Positions 36,263 to 47,896 of a stretch of 64,000 nt of DNA are shown here, in pieces. Location of the stretch: positions 1 to 64,000 of the forward strand of contig DF237259.1 of the NCBI GenBank assembly GCA_000708835.1, written 5' to 3'. Made by a program: the position numbers and the translations under genes. The DNA comes from Klebsormidium nitens. Its lineage: Eukaryota > Plantae > Klebsormidiophyceae. How positions within the stretch are numbered: the stretch's first letter is position 1; each line of letters starts with the position of its first letter. The notes under the pieces are model-generated. The model saw only the letters and a list, made by a program, of their open reading frames with translations. It made no database searches and had not been told where the DNA came from.

Positions 36263-38958
36263 CTAGAAGCACGACGTGGAGGAATAGTAGTTCTTGTCGG
36301 CGGCGGGGGTGGAGCCGCCGTTGCACCCGAGCGCCTGGTTGCCGGCATATTGCTTCATGCACGGAGTCGTCCAGCCGTTGAACGAAGAAAAGTCGCTGAA
36401 GTCGAAAACTCCGTCGTAGTGCGCGTACCAGAGCGCGTACGAGTGGAAGTCGGCGGAGCCCATGATGGACGGCCACTGCGACTTGGACGTGTAGATGCCG
36501 ATCTGGGCGGTCGTCAGGCCCTGGGAAAATGGGGAAAAGTGACGTCAGCAACGCGTCATCTCTAACGGTAGATGCCCATGATGACGCCCACTAGGACTCG
36601 ATGCCGCATCAGTCGTCAGGCCCTGGCAAGGGTTGGGATGGGGTTTCGAAGAGGATCTGGCGGAAGTGACGTCAGCCATGTGCTACCTCCAGCCGCACTC
36701 CGCTTTTGAGTTACTTGAACTCGGTCCTCGACTCGCCGTTCAATTGAAGTCTCGATTTTTTTTTGTTAGAGTGATTGAAAGGTTGGCAAATGGTCAGGTA
36801 CCCGTTTGAAGCAGAGATTAAGTGCTAGCAAGCTTGGACTGCGCCCTCACGTAAGCGAAAGCCTGCTCTGAGACGTAAGCCGACTCGAGGTTGAACCGGA
36901 GTTGCCCGAACGACCTGCATTATGTACGTGCTTTTCGAACCTGCTGTTCAGTTGCGCCGAAACGTTTACAAAGGGATCCCCTCAAACGATCCCCAGAATG
37001 TCGACCGAGAAGAGCACGAAATCTGCAGTTGCGCTGGCTCACCTTGCCCTTGAGTGCGCCGATCATGTTGATCAGGAACTGCTGGTTGGTTGAGGTGCTG
37101 GAGGTCCAGTAGGTGCCGACGGGGCCTTCGACGTCGATCCACACCTTGGAGAAGGGCGCACCCGCGCCGCGCAAGTTGTCGATCACGTTGTTGGCCTGGG
37201 ACGCGGCGGAGGGGCACCCGGAATGGGCGCACGGGAAGATGTACACGTGCTGCGGGAGAAAAGAGTTCTTGAGGGACTTTGCGCGAGTTAGTGAGGGAAA
37301 CTCCATTAGTTATTGAGGGGAATGGACACGTGCTGCAAGGAGGAGAGACAATATGAGGGATTTGAGAACGGTCAGAAAGGGTTAGTGAGGGTCAGTAAGG
37401 GTTGGCGACAGTTGGTGCGAGCTCTTAGAGAGAATTGGATGGGAGTTGGCAAACGAAGTGAGGGCAAGACAGAAATTCGTTGGCACAAACTCAATCAGAA
37501 CGTACAACAGTGAACAAGAGGACCTACAATCAGCTGCTTTATAACCTTTCACTTGGCTTTGTACGATCAGTGCCTTCTATGTTATCACTTCACTTTAATT
37601 GACTTTCTGCAATAATAGGCTTTCGACAATTGACCTGCCTTTATTCATTCAGAGGGCTTGTATTCGTTCATTTGGCTCTACACATTAGTGTGCTTGTATT
37701 TATCCTCCGATGGCTCAATGTTCACTTGGCATTTTATGTTGCACGCGCGTAAACGTTCTGTGGGCTTTAAACGTTTGTGAGCTTCTATACATGCAGTGGT
37801 CTTCAATTCAAATCACGAAAGTAGTCAAGTGCAGCCCATGAAAGAGACGCCTCTCAAAGCTCAGACTTACCCTGTAGGCGTAGCAGGACGCTTACACTTT
37901 CAACGAGCTTGAGCATGTAAAAGGAAGGCGAGAGCGCCAGGTTGAGCAGCCTATCAGGATCAAACCTGCCCATGGTTGAGGCAAATCTCAGAATGCAGGC
38001 TCACCCTGTAAGCATAGCCGGCAGCCTGAGCATTCTTGAGGGACTGTGCGGCGTTAGGGTCAACAGTGCCGGAGGACCGGCCAGCACGCACGATGGCGAC
38101 GTTGAAACCGGAGTTCACATTGCGCCAGCAGCTCCACGACGAGGTCGAGTAGGACTGGGGGCAAAAGAGAAAAGATTGATCGGAGGAAGCTGACAAAGTG
38201 AAATGGTTAAGGATTGGAGAGAGGAAGTACTGGACTATGAGAAGATTCTGAACAGGGGGAAAATGACAGAAGGTCCAGTAGCAGGGCAAGAGAGAGTTTG
38301 ATAAAATAGGGAGCTGACCAAGTGAAATGGTTAAGGATAGGATGGAGGAAGGATGTGGACTCTGAAATGAATTGAGCGGGGAAGAAAGTGATAGAGTTGC
38401 CACACTTTGGGGAACTTCAGGCAGTATTGTGAGTGGAAGAAGAAACGATTTCTGGTAGGAGATTTTAACTGATGATAAGGAAGTGTTTGAGGAGAATATG
38501 AAGTCTTATCGTAAGTGGATCATAGCCAGAGCATGGACACGTGTTGGAGCTGAAGTTTACGAGTCAGTCGCAAATCGTAAGCAGCCTTAAGTGAGCTGAG
38601 AAGTTAGGGGTAGGACCAAATTGGGGGCGACTCTCCTTTGTTTGTTTGTTCACACTCGAAGACACACTGGATTCTTCTCGCAGGGTCATGGGTTGGAAGC
38701 AAGCAATCAGCTTCTCTGGGGAAAAGCTACACGAGAAGATCACGCACATCCAAAGCTAAAGGACGCCAACAACGTGTGCCCATTGTGCTTCTATCCTCAA
38801 CATGGAGTTTTGATTACAGCGCAGCTGTGAATGTCAAGAACCAAAAGCAGATTCCGTGATCGTCTCACCGAGGACACATCGAGACCGAGGCCGGCGACAG
38901 CGCTAGGAATGCAGACGGCCAGGAGGGCAGCCACCAAGAAGAAGCTGGAGGCAGCCAT
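36263..38958 (-). CDS. Secreted GH25 lysozyme (Lys1-like eukaryotic subgroup), 4 exons, ~234 aa
   Basis: Exons 38958-38869, 38154-38005, 37249-37043, 36520-36263, all phase 0. Signal peptide MAASSFFLVAALLAVCIPSAVA, N-terminal GLDVS, HVYIFPC, catalytic WIDVE, GIYTSKSQW, LWYAHYDG, MKQYAG. Confidence 0.9.
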
Positions 38959-40543
38959 TGTTGCGCTTGGATTGTCAGCTAAGGAGAGGTGAGAGTGTTT
39001 GGTGAGAATGAATGCTGATGGAGCTCGATCTGCTTAATAGCACCGCCTTTTTCGGATGTTGGTAGCAGAGTGACTAGCTGCAATTCGGCGTTTCTTCACT
39101 AGAACCGCGTTTCTTCACTGGAACTGGATTCTGGACAGGCCAGCGCAGAAAGCCAGGCAGCTGAGGTGCTTTGAGGATATACCATAAATCTGCTTGCAAA
39201 GACCATCTCAGAAGTCTGCTTATTCAACTTCCTGCGTGCGCCGAAGAGGGGCATATTCAAGGTGCTGATGCCTCGGATATACTTCCAGTATTTGGGCATC
39301 TTTGAAGAGAGCCATCATTCAAGCAGCCCATGTGCTCTGTGCAATGTGAGTAATGTGCAGCCGCCGCACATGCACAACTGCTCAGAGCAGATATATAGCG
39401 TGTTGTGCACACTGCACTACCACGGCAGCTGTGTTGAAGGCTGGCAAGCTGCCAACTGGACTTGACGAATGATTAAGCAGACGTAATGACCAAGTGACGT
39501 CAACGTCCGCCGTTTCGCCGACTTGATGCGTCATTGAGACGACTGGTTAAATGGCTAACCGCCTGTTAAAAATGTGTCAAGGGTTAGCTCAGGCTTTTTG
39601 GGTTGCGCCAAGGATCGGCTGCTTCTAGAACCGAGCTATCAGGTTAAGAGCCAAACCCAGAACACTTTTGCCAATTATAAGCGTGATTTTCTCGGAGTAT
39701 CTTTCTGATGCTTTCACAAGCGTGACGGACTTTGATGTGCACATTTGCTAGGCGCCATGATTGCATTCTCCTTCAGCTTGGCATATCTCAGATGCTAGAA
39801 TCTCGGCATCTACAGGGATCCCCTGTGGGCCAAATATGTTTCAACCACCGGCTGCCATGTGGAAAAGGATGCCAAGTAGGATGGAAATCGGGATGAAAAT
39901 GGGTCAAGCCATACAGGCCGAGGCATCCCTAGAAGGAACGCACTCTCTAGAGGTGAAGAGCGTCTGGAGCATTTTGCCTTACAACACTTGTGCGCGAAGC
40001 AGACTGCGCCCAACGTTTTCTTGCCCAGCCTGGCGGCTGCAAAATTCTGGAGTCCAGTGCCTTTGCAATATCCGCCCACGGCAGGCTCTTACAAACGCTC
40101 GTCTCGAGCGAGCAGATCAGCTTTGGTTGAGATTGCAGTGCTCAGTCTGTAGCAACCGGAGCTTCACTTGGGCCAGGGCAGCAGTGAAGGGGGAATTCGA
40201 AGAAATGGAAAGCAAGGGAAATAAATATTTTTCACACAATCAGTTGCTTAGCTCAAGCTGGCCTCACATAGTTGTCAGCTTCTGATCATATCTGGCTATA
40301 ATCTCACTCCAGGGAGGAAACAAGAATTTTAAATTAAAGCGGAAAGCTTCAGCAAATCTGGGGATTGGTTGACTGTGCGCTGATTGAGTGGGCTCTGATT
40401 TTGATTGAGCGGGCAACACTCAAGGCAGATTTTGCACCCATCTTTGGTTCAATTTGATTGCACTGCAGATATCGAATTCTGATACAGTTTTGAACCAAGC
40501 TGTGGCTGGGCGCTCAGAGTGAATTAACACAATAACGATATTA

Positions 40544-40882
40544 GGAAGTGGAGCCACCCCTAGTTCTGGTCCTGGGGGTTCTCAGAGCATCTCGAGTGAG
40601 CCTCGAGCAGCGGGGGGGAGTGCTGCCCCCCAGAAAGAGGGGATGGCCTACCGAGAAGAAGCAGATGCTGTGGCCGCTCAGAAAATTGCCGCCATGGGGG
40701 GCTTGCAAAAAGAGGGGATGGCTTATAGAGAGGAAGAAGATCGGCGGAGGGAAGCGGAGGCAGCGGCAAAGGCGGGGGTGGAATCAAAACAGGAAGTTAA
40801 CCCGGTAGAGAAGCTAATACGGAACGTAGGGGAGAATGTGGGGAGGTTTTGGCGGCAGATAAGTGGCGGGGGCAAGAAGTGA
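40544..40882 (+). CDS. Probable last exon of a small unknown protein with a duplicated QKEGMAYREE motif
   Basis: Open frame ...PQKEGMAYREEADAVAAQKIAAMGGLQKEGMAYREEEDRRR...RFWRQISGGGKK*. The two repeat copies differ at synonymous positions. Upstream exons not resolved. Confidence 0.5.
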   Translation, partial: GSGATPSSGPGGSQSISSEPRAAGGSAAPQKEGMAYREEADAVAAQKIAAMGGLQKEGMAYREEEDRRREAEAAAKAGVESKQEVNPVEKLIRNVGENVGRFWRQISGGGKK

Positions 40883-42102
40883 CTCAAGTCCTGAATGTTG
40901 GTGCGCCAGATGCCAGCACTAACTCTGATCGAGCTTAGCTATACAAGCGATTGTTGAAGGGATATGAGTGACATTGTCTGCACAGCTGAATGCTACGTTT
41001 CTTATTGGTTGCAGTCTGCAGAGTACCATTGCGGCCCTCCAACAAAAGCTGGTTACTGTTCGATGAAAGTCAGAAAACCCTGCCTCCCAGCTTTCTGAAC
41101 TCTGTCATATCATTCCCACAATCAAGATACAGTGACAGGATTCAGATGAAGTCTGGATCTCGGCGACATGCATGCACAGTCTGTCTCCGTTAGAAATGGT
41201 TATGTGGAGGCCGCAGTCTCTCCATTTTTGGCAAACACTTACATCGAATCTGCACCCTCTGAAGAAACATTCGACCCTACAGGGATTATTTCCTTGCGGC
41301 TCCAGCTAGGACAGCGTCCATACTCAGGGACCCGCTTCGATCACTTTAGCTTCTCTATATATGAGCGGTCATGATGGATCTGCCTTTCTTGCGTACGGGT
41401 CGCAAGCAAGGCAAAGCGGGAGTCGCTCAATTTTCAACAATTATTGCAACCCACCTGTGCAACTTGCAACACTTCGAGGCTCAAGCTCTGCGTACATATA
41501 TTTGTGCCAGCTCATGGCCTGCATGCGGGCTGTCCTAGGTTATGCATGACGGATGCCAACTAGCTTTTGGAATGACGTCATTAACTCTATATCATCATTT
41601 CTCATTTTCAATGAGCGGTGAACATGCCCAGTCCAGGCAGCCCATTGAGATAAGCGTTTATCGATCTAGGCAGGACCTGGCGCCGGGCCGACTCCTGCAA
41701 GACTGTAATTGTATTGCAGGAAAAGTTGACTTCCCAATCTGGACGATAATCAGGTCGTACAAGAAAACTGCATGGGCAACTTTGGTTGCCTATGCGCATC
41801 GACCAGGCTACTGACTTATTGTGCCGTTTTCTCCATTCTAGAGCCGGAATCAGCAACTAACCAAGACCTTGTATCACTTGACACCCTGTATCTGAATCTT
41901 TCAAAAGCGTTTACGACCAAACAGATCCATTACGTACTAGTATTCCTGATCTCTTGCAACGCCTAACAACATGCTTATCATACTTCAAGACATGGCGCGG
42001 CAAGTGCGCACACTCCCTACGCCGGCATGATCCAACGAATTTTCAACTCAAAAAGCTATCAACTTCATGGGCTCCCACCGAAGTCCCCGACTCCGCCCCC
42101 TG

Positions 42103-45100
42103 TTACCGCCACTTCTTTTCCTTGGCCTTCATCTCCTTCTCGCGCGCCCACTCTGCGCGGATCTGCCGGTTGAGCTCCTTCTCCTTTTTGACGCTCTCTT
42201 GGAGCGCCTGACTCCGCTCAATCTCCTCGTGCAACTCCTTGAAGACCTGCGCGCTCAGGTCCTTCTCCTTTTGCAGCTCCGACTCGAGCCCTTGCACCAG
42301 CTGGATCTCTTCTTGTAGCTCCGCGGCCCTGCAGGGAAATGCGCGTCTTGCTTCGAGCGTTTCGAGGCCTGGTCGTGGTTGCTAGACAGTTAACTCCAGA
42401 TCCCGGTGAGAAAGAACAGTCGTTCAAAAGCGTGTGGCCCAAGATCCGCTTCAACTTCCTTTGAATGCCTTTCGAGAAAATATTCGCGCAGACTTTTGGT
42501 GGTTCGTCACAAGCCCTTGCAAGAACCGAATCCCCTTGCGGCTCAGACGCACTCAACGATCCGGGACTTTCGGACGCTGCTGTAGCACCAATCTCTTCAA
42601 ACTCGCCTACAGCACCGACACGGCCAAAAGCAAAGCAGCTCTCAGTCGACCAGACTTCCATGAGGAGACTTTTACACAGAAGAAGGCTTTGCAAAGTGCC
42701 TTCCCTCGTTGCTCTGCTCTTAACGGTCTGCTAACGAAAGCGCCGAACCAAAACCGTCTCGGACACCCCAGCTCTGCTTTCAGAATCAGGCAATGCTTAA
42801 TGGGATCCACACCTGAACCAGGTTCCCTTTCGTAATCATATTGCCGCTCCAAAAGACCCGGCGCTTCGATGACAGTAAATGTCTCAAGATCAGGAAGAAG
42901 GGCGTCAGCAGGCAAGAATGCTCCCATCATTTCGAAATTTCTCAGGAAAACGTCTTGTATCTTGACTAAAGCTGCGAGTTCTAACCTGAGCGCCTTCTCC
43001 TTCTTGATCGTCTCCTCTGCCGCTTCCCACGCTATCCTCTCCACCTCTAGTTCCCGCCCCAGCTTCTCCGACCTCTCCTTTTCCTTTTCGAAGCTCGCCT
43101 GCGTTCGGTCCTTCACTTCCGTTTCGGCCTGTAGCCGCTTCTCCGTATCGGCGAGAGTCGCGCGCTCCTTTTGCAGCTCAGCAATCGCCTTCGCCTTCCA
43201 TTCGCGCTCCTGGGATAGTTGAGCGGTGACCTCAGACCTGCAGAGCAGACATTAGTATGAACTCAACAACGAACTCGTGAGAATATCAGTTTGTTGGCGA
43301 CTTCGGAATGGAGCTCAACAATGGCCTTCGCCTTTTTCCGCTCCTGAGTTAGTTGGACTGTGACCCTCAGACCTGCACGCGACATGTACAGGCAAATTCA
43401 GGATGAACTGTGGGGACTGTCGATTTCCTTAGCAACTTTTCTTTGTGCTCGTGGCTCAGGCGAGTGATGAGTCGGAGCTGGGCCAAACGTGTCACGGACA
43501 ACTTTAGGAAGGGTTACACAGACATAGCAATGATCTAGCAGTTTTCGGACTGAAAGCGGCTTCGCCTTCGCGTTGCGCTCTTGCTTCAATTTCACGGAGA
43601 CATCCGTCCGGCTGTGGATGGGCCACAAAAATCGATAACAAGCGTTTGCGGTGCTCTTCGGTCTCTTCCACAGACTTCACAAGAAACTTAAAAAATTCTG
43701 TAAGTCTCGAAATGGATAAGGATGGTCAGCACTCTACGTGAGGCCTTCTGGAATGTTCCCCTGACGAATAAAGTCCGACAGTCTACACGAGCGGGAGAAC
43801 TTGCCATCCCTGCTTTTGAACGGAATGAGTAGCTTGTGAAGAGGTACACAGCTCTCTAGATTCCGGTCAACCTTGAGAGCTTGATACATCGAAACTAGTC
43901 CAAAAATGGAGGCCCAATCGCAAGCAAGGAGCGGCGGTTACACGTCGAAATAGGAGAACACATTTTTTGGGGGAGTTGTTCCTTTGACCTTCCCAAGAGA
44001 CGTCCTTCCAGCTCTGAAACGTTTCGAAGGGAAATTACGATCGCCGGGAAGCTTTCCAAAAGGCTCAAGCAGACCAGCACCTGGTTGTTAAAGCCACTCT
44101 TCTCAGACGCGCCTCCCTGGGCGTAAGCAGGACATTGAAACCCATGAGGCCGCCGAGACACGGTATGTAGGTAAAGCAGATACTCCAAAAGAAGCTACAA
44201 TTACGAACAGGCTCAGAGGAGCGAGCGGCACCAACGCACCTCGCTTTCTGCTCCTCTTGCAGTGCCCCCGCCAGCTCCGCCGCCTTCGCCGCTTCCGCCT
44301 CGAACTTGCTCCCCCGCTGCGCGCTCTCGTTTCGCGCCACCTCTAAATCCTTCTTCAGATCTCTGACGTCGTTCTCTGCACTCTTTCTCAACTCCGTCTC
44401 GTCCGCCAGTTTCCCCTCCACCGACCCCCGCAACTCTTTCTCACTGTCGAGCTCGTTCTCGGTCTCCGCGAGCTTCTTCTCGACCGCGGCCCGCACGCTC
44501 GTCTCCTCGCTCAGTTTCTTCCGCAGCTCCGCGGCGCTTTTCCTCTCCGCCCCTAGTTCCTCCTGCGTCGTTTTCCGGACGGCCTCTTCGCTCGCCAGCC
44601 GCGCCGCGAGCTCTTCGGACCACGTCTCGAGCGCCTTTTTGGACGCCGTCTCCGCTTTCAGCTCCGTCCGAACGCCGTCCAAACGCGCCTGCAGCTCGCT
44701 TCGCGCCGCTTTCTCCTTCGAGAAAAGTCCCTCCGTTTCTTTCCGCACACTCTCCTCTTGGCTGAACTTCTCACCCAGCGCATCGTGCTCTGCTTGAAGC
44801 CCCTTTCTAGCGCCCTTCTCTTCCTCTAGCTTCGCTTTTACTGCTTTGTGGGCCTCGCTTATCTCCTTGAGCGCCGCTGTTTCTTTCTCTAGGCGTTCTT
44901 GGGTTTCTTTTCGTTCTTTCTCCTCGCTTGCTAGTCTGTCTGCCAAAGAATCGTGGTCCTCTTGTAACTTCTGCCTGGCCGCCTTGACCTCGCTCAGGGT
45001 GGCTTCCAAAGCGTGCTTTGCGTTGGTGGTGTCTTGGAATGCGGTGGCGAGCTCCAATCGGGCTTGTTTCTCTGGACGAATGAGATTTGTGTCAGCTGCT

Positions 45101-46229
45101 AAAAGTGAAACTAGAGGCCAGGACAGAATTGTCAGCCAAAATGCTCGTTCCATGTATCCTTATGGTATCAAGTTGGATGCAGTTCCTTCCGAAATGGTGC
45201 AAGGGAGTGGCTTGTTGTAAGCCGTTCTTTTCTTGTATTCTCTCTTCAAAAAGGAATCCTTCAGCCAGCTGTATTCTTGGGAGAGTACTGCCAGAGGTGC
45301 AGGTGCCAGAATACTCGTTCAGAAAGAGTTCAGAGCTGCGGGGCTTTGACAGATACAAGGCGCGAGGAAACACATACTCAGAACGAGCCCAATATCGCTC
45401 GAAATCTTCACACCAGGACCTAGGCCCCTTACGTCAAGCGAACCTGTTGGGTGGATTCGAATCGGGCCTGACTCGCAAATAGCTTACTCTGCGAATCGGG
45501 CCTGACTCGCGAACAGCTTAGTTCCCCGTTTTGGACCTGACTTGCGGACAACTCAAATCGCTCACCTGCATCCAGCTTCTCCTTCAGTTGCCGTGCCTGC
45601 TCCTCCGACCCCTTCTTTCCGGCCTTCTCTTCCTCCAGCGCTTTTTCCAGTGCCTCGCCCCGGGCTTTCTCCTTTGCAAGCGCTTCCTCCACCCCCGCCA
45701 GATGTTTCTCTGTGTCCTCCAGACTCCCATGCAGCCCCTCAACCAACTCCTTCTCGTGCGCAACCTGCCTCCCCAGGTCAATGATCCTCTTTTCCGCTGC
45801 CTCTAGTTTCCCCTTGAGCTGTTTCGCGGTTTCCCGCTCCGTCGCCAGATGCTGCTCTGTAACACGAAGCTCCTCTTGAACTTGAGCCAATTCTCCCCTT
45901 GCCTCTCCCAACAGACTTTCATGCTCGGCAGTCAGTGTTTCAACCTCATTCTTATGACTGTCCGTCAGCGCAGAGAGCTCGCCCGCGTGCTGGCTCTTCA
46001 ACGTGGCAACCTCCTGAGCGTGGTTGGACTTGACAGACACGAGCGTGCTGGCGTGCCGCTCGCTGACATCAGCGAGCGTCCCCAAATGCTCTTTTTTCAG
46101 GGCTTCTTGCGCCTCTCTGTGCTGGGTTCTCAGACGCTCTGCCTCGCTCTCGTGGGCCTGTTTGGCAAGCGCTAATTCGTTGGCGTGCTTGGCAGCGGCG
46201 GCCTCGAGGGCTCGCTGCTGCGCCGTTTT
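42103..46229 (-). CDS. Long coiled-coil protein (>650 aa), at least 4 exons; 5' end unresolved, possibly up to ~47113
   Basis: Exons 46229-45566, 45071-44240, 43237-42986, 42328-42103 with consistent phases. E/K/A/L-rich with LxxEKxARxxL-type repeats. Confidence 0.8.
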
Positions 46230-47896
46230 CTGCACGAGAGTGAGGGATAGGTTATGGTCAGAATATCCAATATCCTATGGACAGGGGCTGTAGAGCTAAG
46301 TGTTGATTCAACACACGACACAAGCGTTGATGCGCGGACCCAAGAACTTTCGGTCTAATCTTCAGCGAGTGTAAAGGCTCTTGCTATCAGTGGCATTGCC
46401 TCTTGAATCTTGCAGTGGTTGCATTGGTTTAGAAGCAAACCCGGCATCCCCCGTTCAAGGCCCAGCTCAATGCAGCTCAATGCCTTCGCACCATGTGAAG
46501 CATGACCGATGAACGCGGTTGCACAAAGACTACCAAGCAGTGTCAATCAAGGCTCTTTCTCCTGACGGAGGCACACAACTGCCCAACTCAGATGCTGTCT
46601 ATACGTTTGCCTGCATCCATCCAAGTAGACCTGAGTTGGACAGGTCCTGAACTGCAAACTAGGCTGTTGTACTTGGACCAGCTGCCAATTACCACGTTTT
46701 TTTCCGAAAGGTCTCCCTGGCATTGGGTCCTTGCCAGCATTGGCACAGGGAATGAAGCACGTTTCATGAAAGTGGAAAGTGGCAGAAGTTCCCACATGAA
46801 GTGCACTCACTCGAAAGGGCTTAAAAGTAAGGAATATCTATTAGATCTGCCCTCTTGGACGAAGCATCCCCCAGCATTGTCCTTCCTTTCAACCAAATAC
46901 TTCGGCGCAAGTAGTGACACAGGGGAGAATATCTGAAGTCCAGTTTCGTTGATAAGCAACCATTCTGCGGCATGTTGACTTTCCATTTGTGGTCATGCCT
47001 GCTTCAGAAGGAACTGAGGAGATGCGAATTACCTCTGTTTCATGGAGCTGGAGAAGCTGTGTGAGAGTAGCGTGAAAAGCCCCAGCCCCGGCAGTGTCGC
47101 CTGCAATCTCCATTATACAATGCAGCTACCAGCCCTTTGTTAATGCCAATCAATGCTAAGTGAGTACCAAACGCCAGTGAGGTCCTCAAAGGCACAAATG
47201 CCAGTTGCTCAGAACTAGAAACAGGTAATCTATGATTATGGACTCTTCACGCACTGATGCTCTGCACAATTCTTTGTCCAACTAACCGTCTGCCCCTGAT
47301 GGCCGCTTTTCTGCAACAAGCAATGCTGCATTGGGGGGAGAAGATGAAGAAGAACGGCTTCCTGCTTCCTATGCTAAACAGTAACCAGTGAAAGCCCCAT
47401 TTCAACGTAACTCATGGCAATCGGCACTCCATGACGCTGATCAAGAAAACCTTGCGCCACTTCGCACCTGAAGCCTGCAGCCTGGCCACCTGCACCAACT
47501 GCAAACTTCTGCAGGCCATGGCCAGCTAGACTCATGAGTCATGCATATTAGAGTCAGAGGCCCAGCTGGGCCCAGCAGGTTCACTGGAAAACCGATGGTT
47601 TAATTTGATAACCAGGCTTTGAATTCGGATTGCCCCACTCTCCGTATTTTTGAGCTGTCCAAAGTTGCTTTGAGGTTGAATGAGTGCCATCGGACGGTTC
47701 TCCGGCCTTGCTTGAAGAGAAAGTTTGTGAAGGCTAAATCCCCAAAATGAACTGGCTAACCACCCTGCAGCCTATTATAATTACTAAACTTGTACATAGT
47801 TTACCTGCTAACCTAAATTTGCTGACAGTGAAGGCAATTGGGCTGATTCTTGTGAGAGATGATTGGAACTTGAACTTGAAGAGCAGAAGCGTAGCA

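Noticed and set aside
44306-44797. Antisense ORFs over coiled-coil, KDZ and DHX34 exons (e.g. 44306-44797, 7603-8088, 21211-21903)
   Set aside because: Shadow ORFs of GC-rich coding strands, with Ser/Phe-rich nonsense composition.
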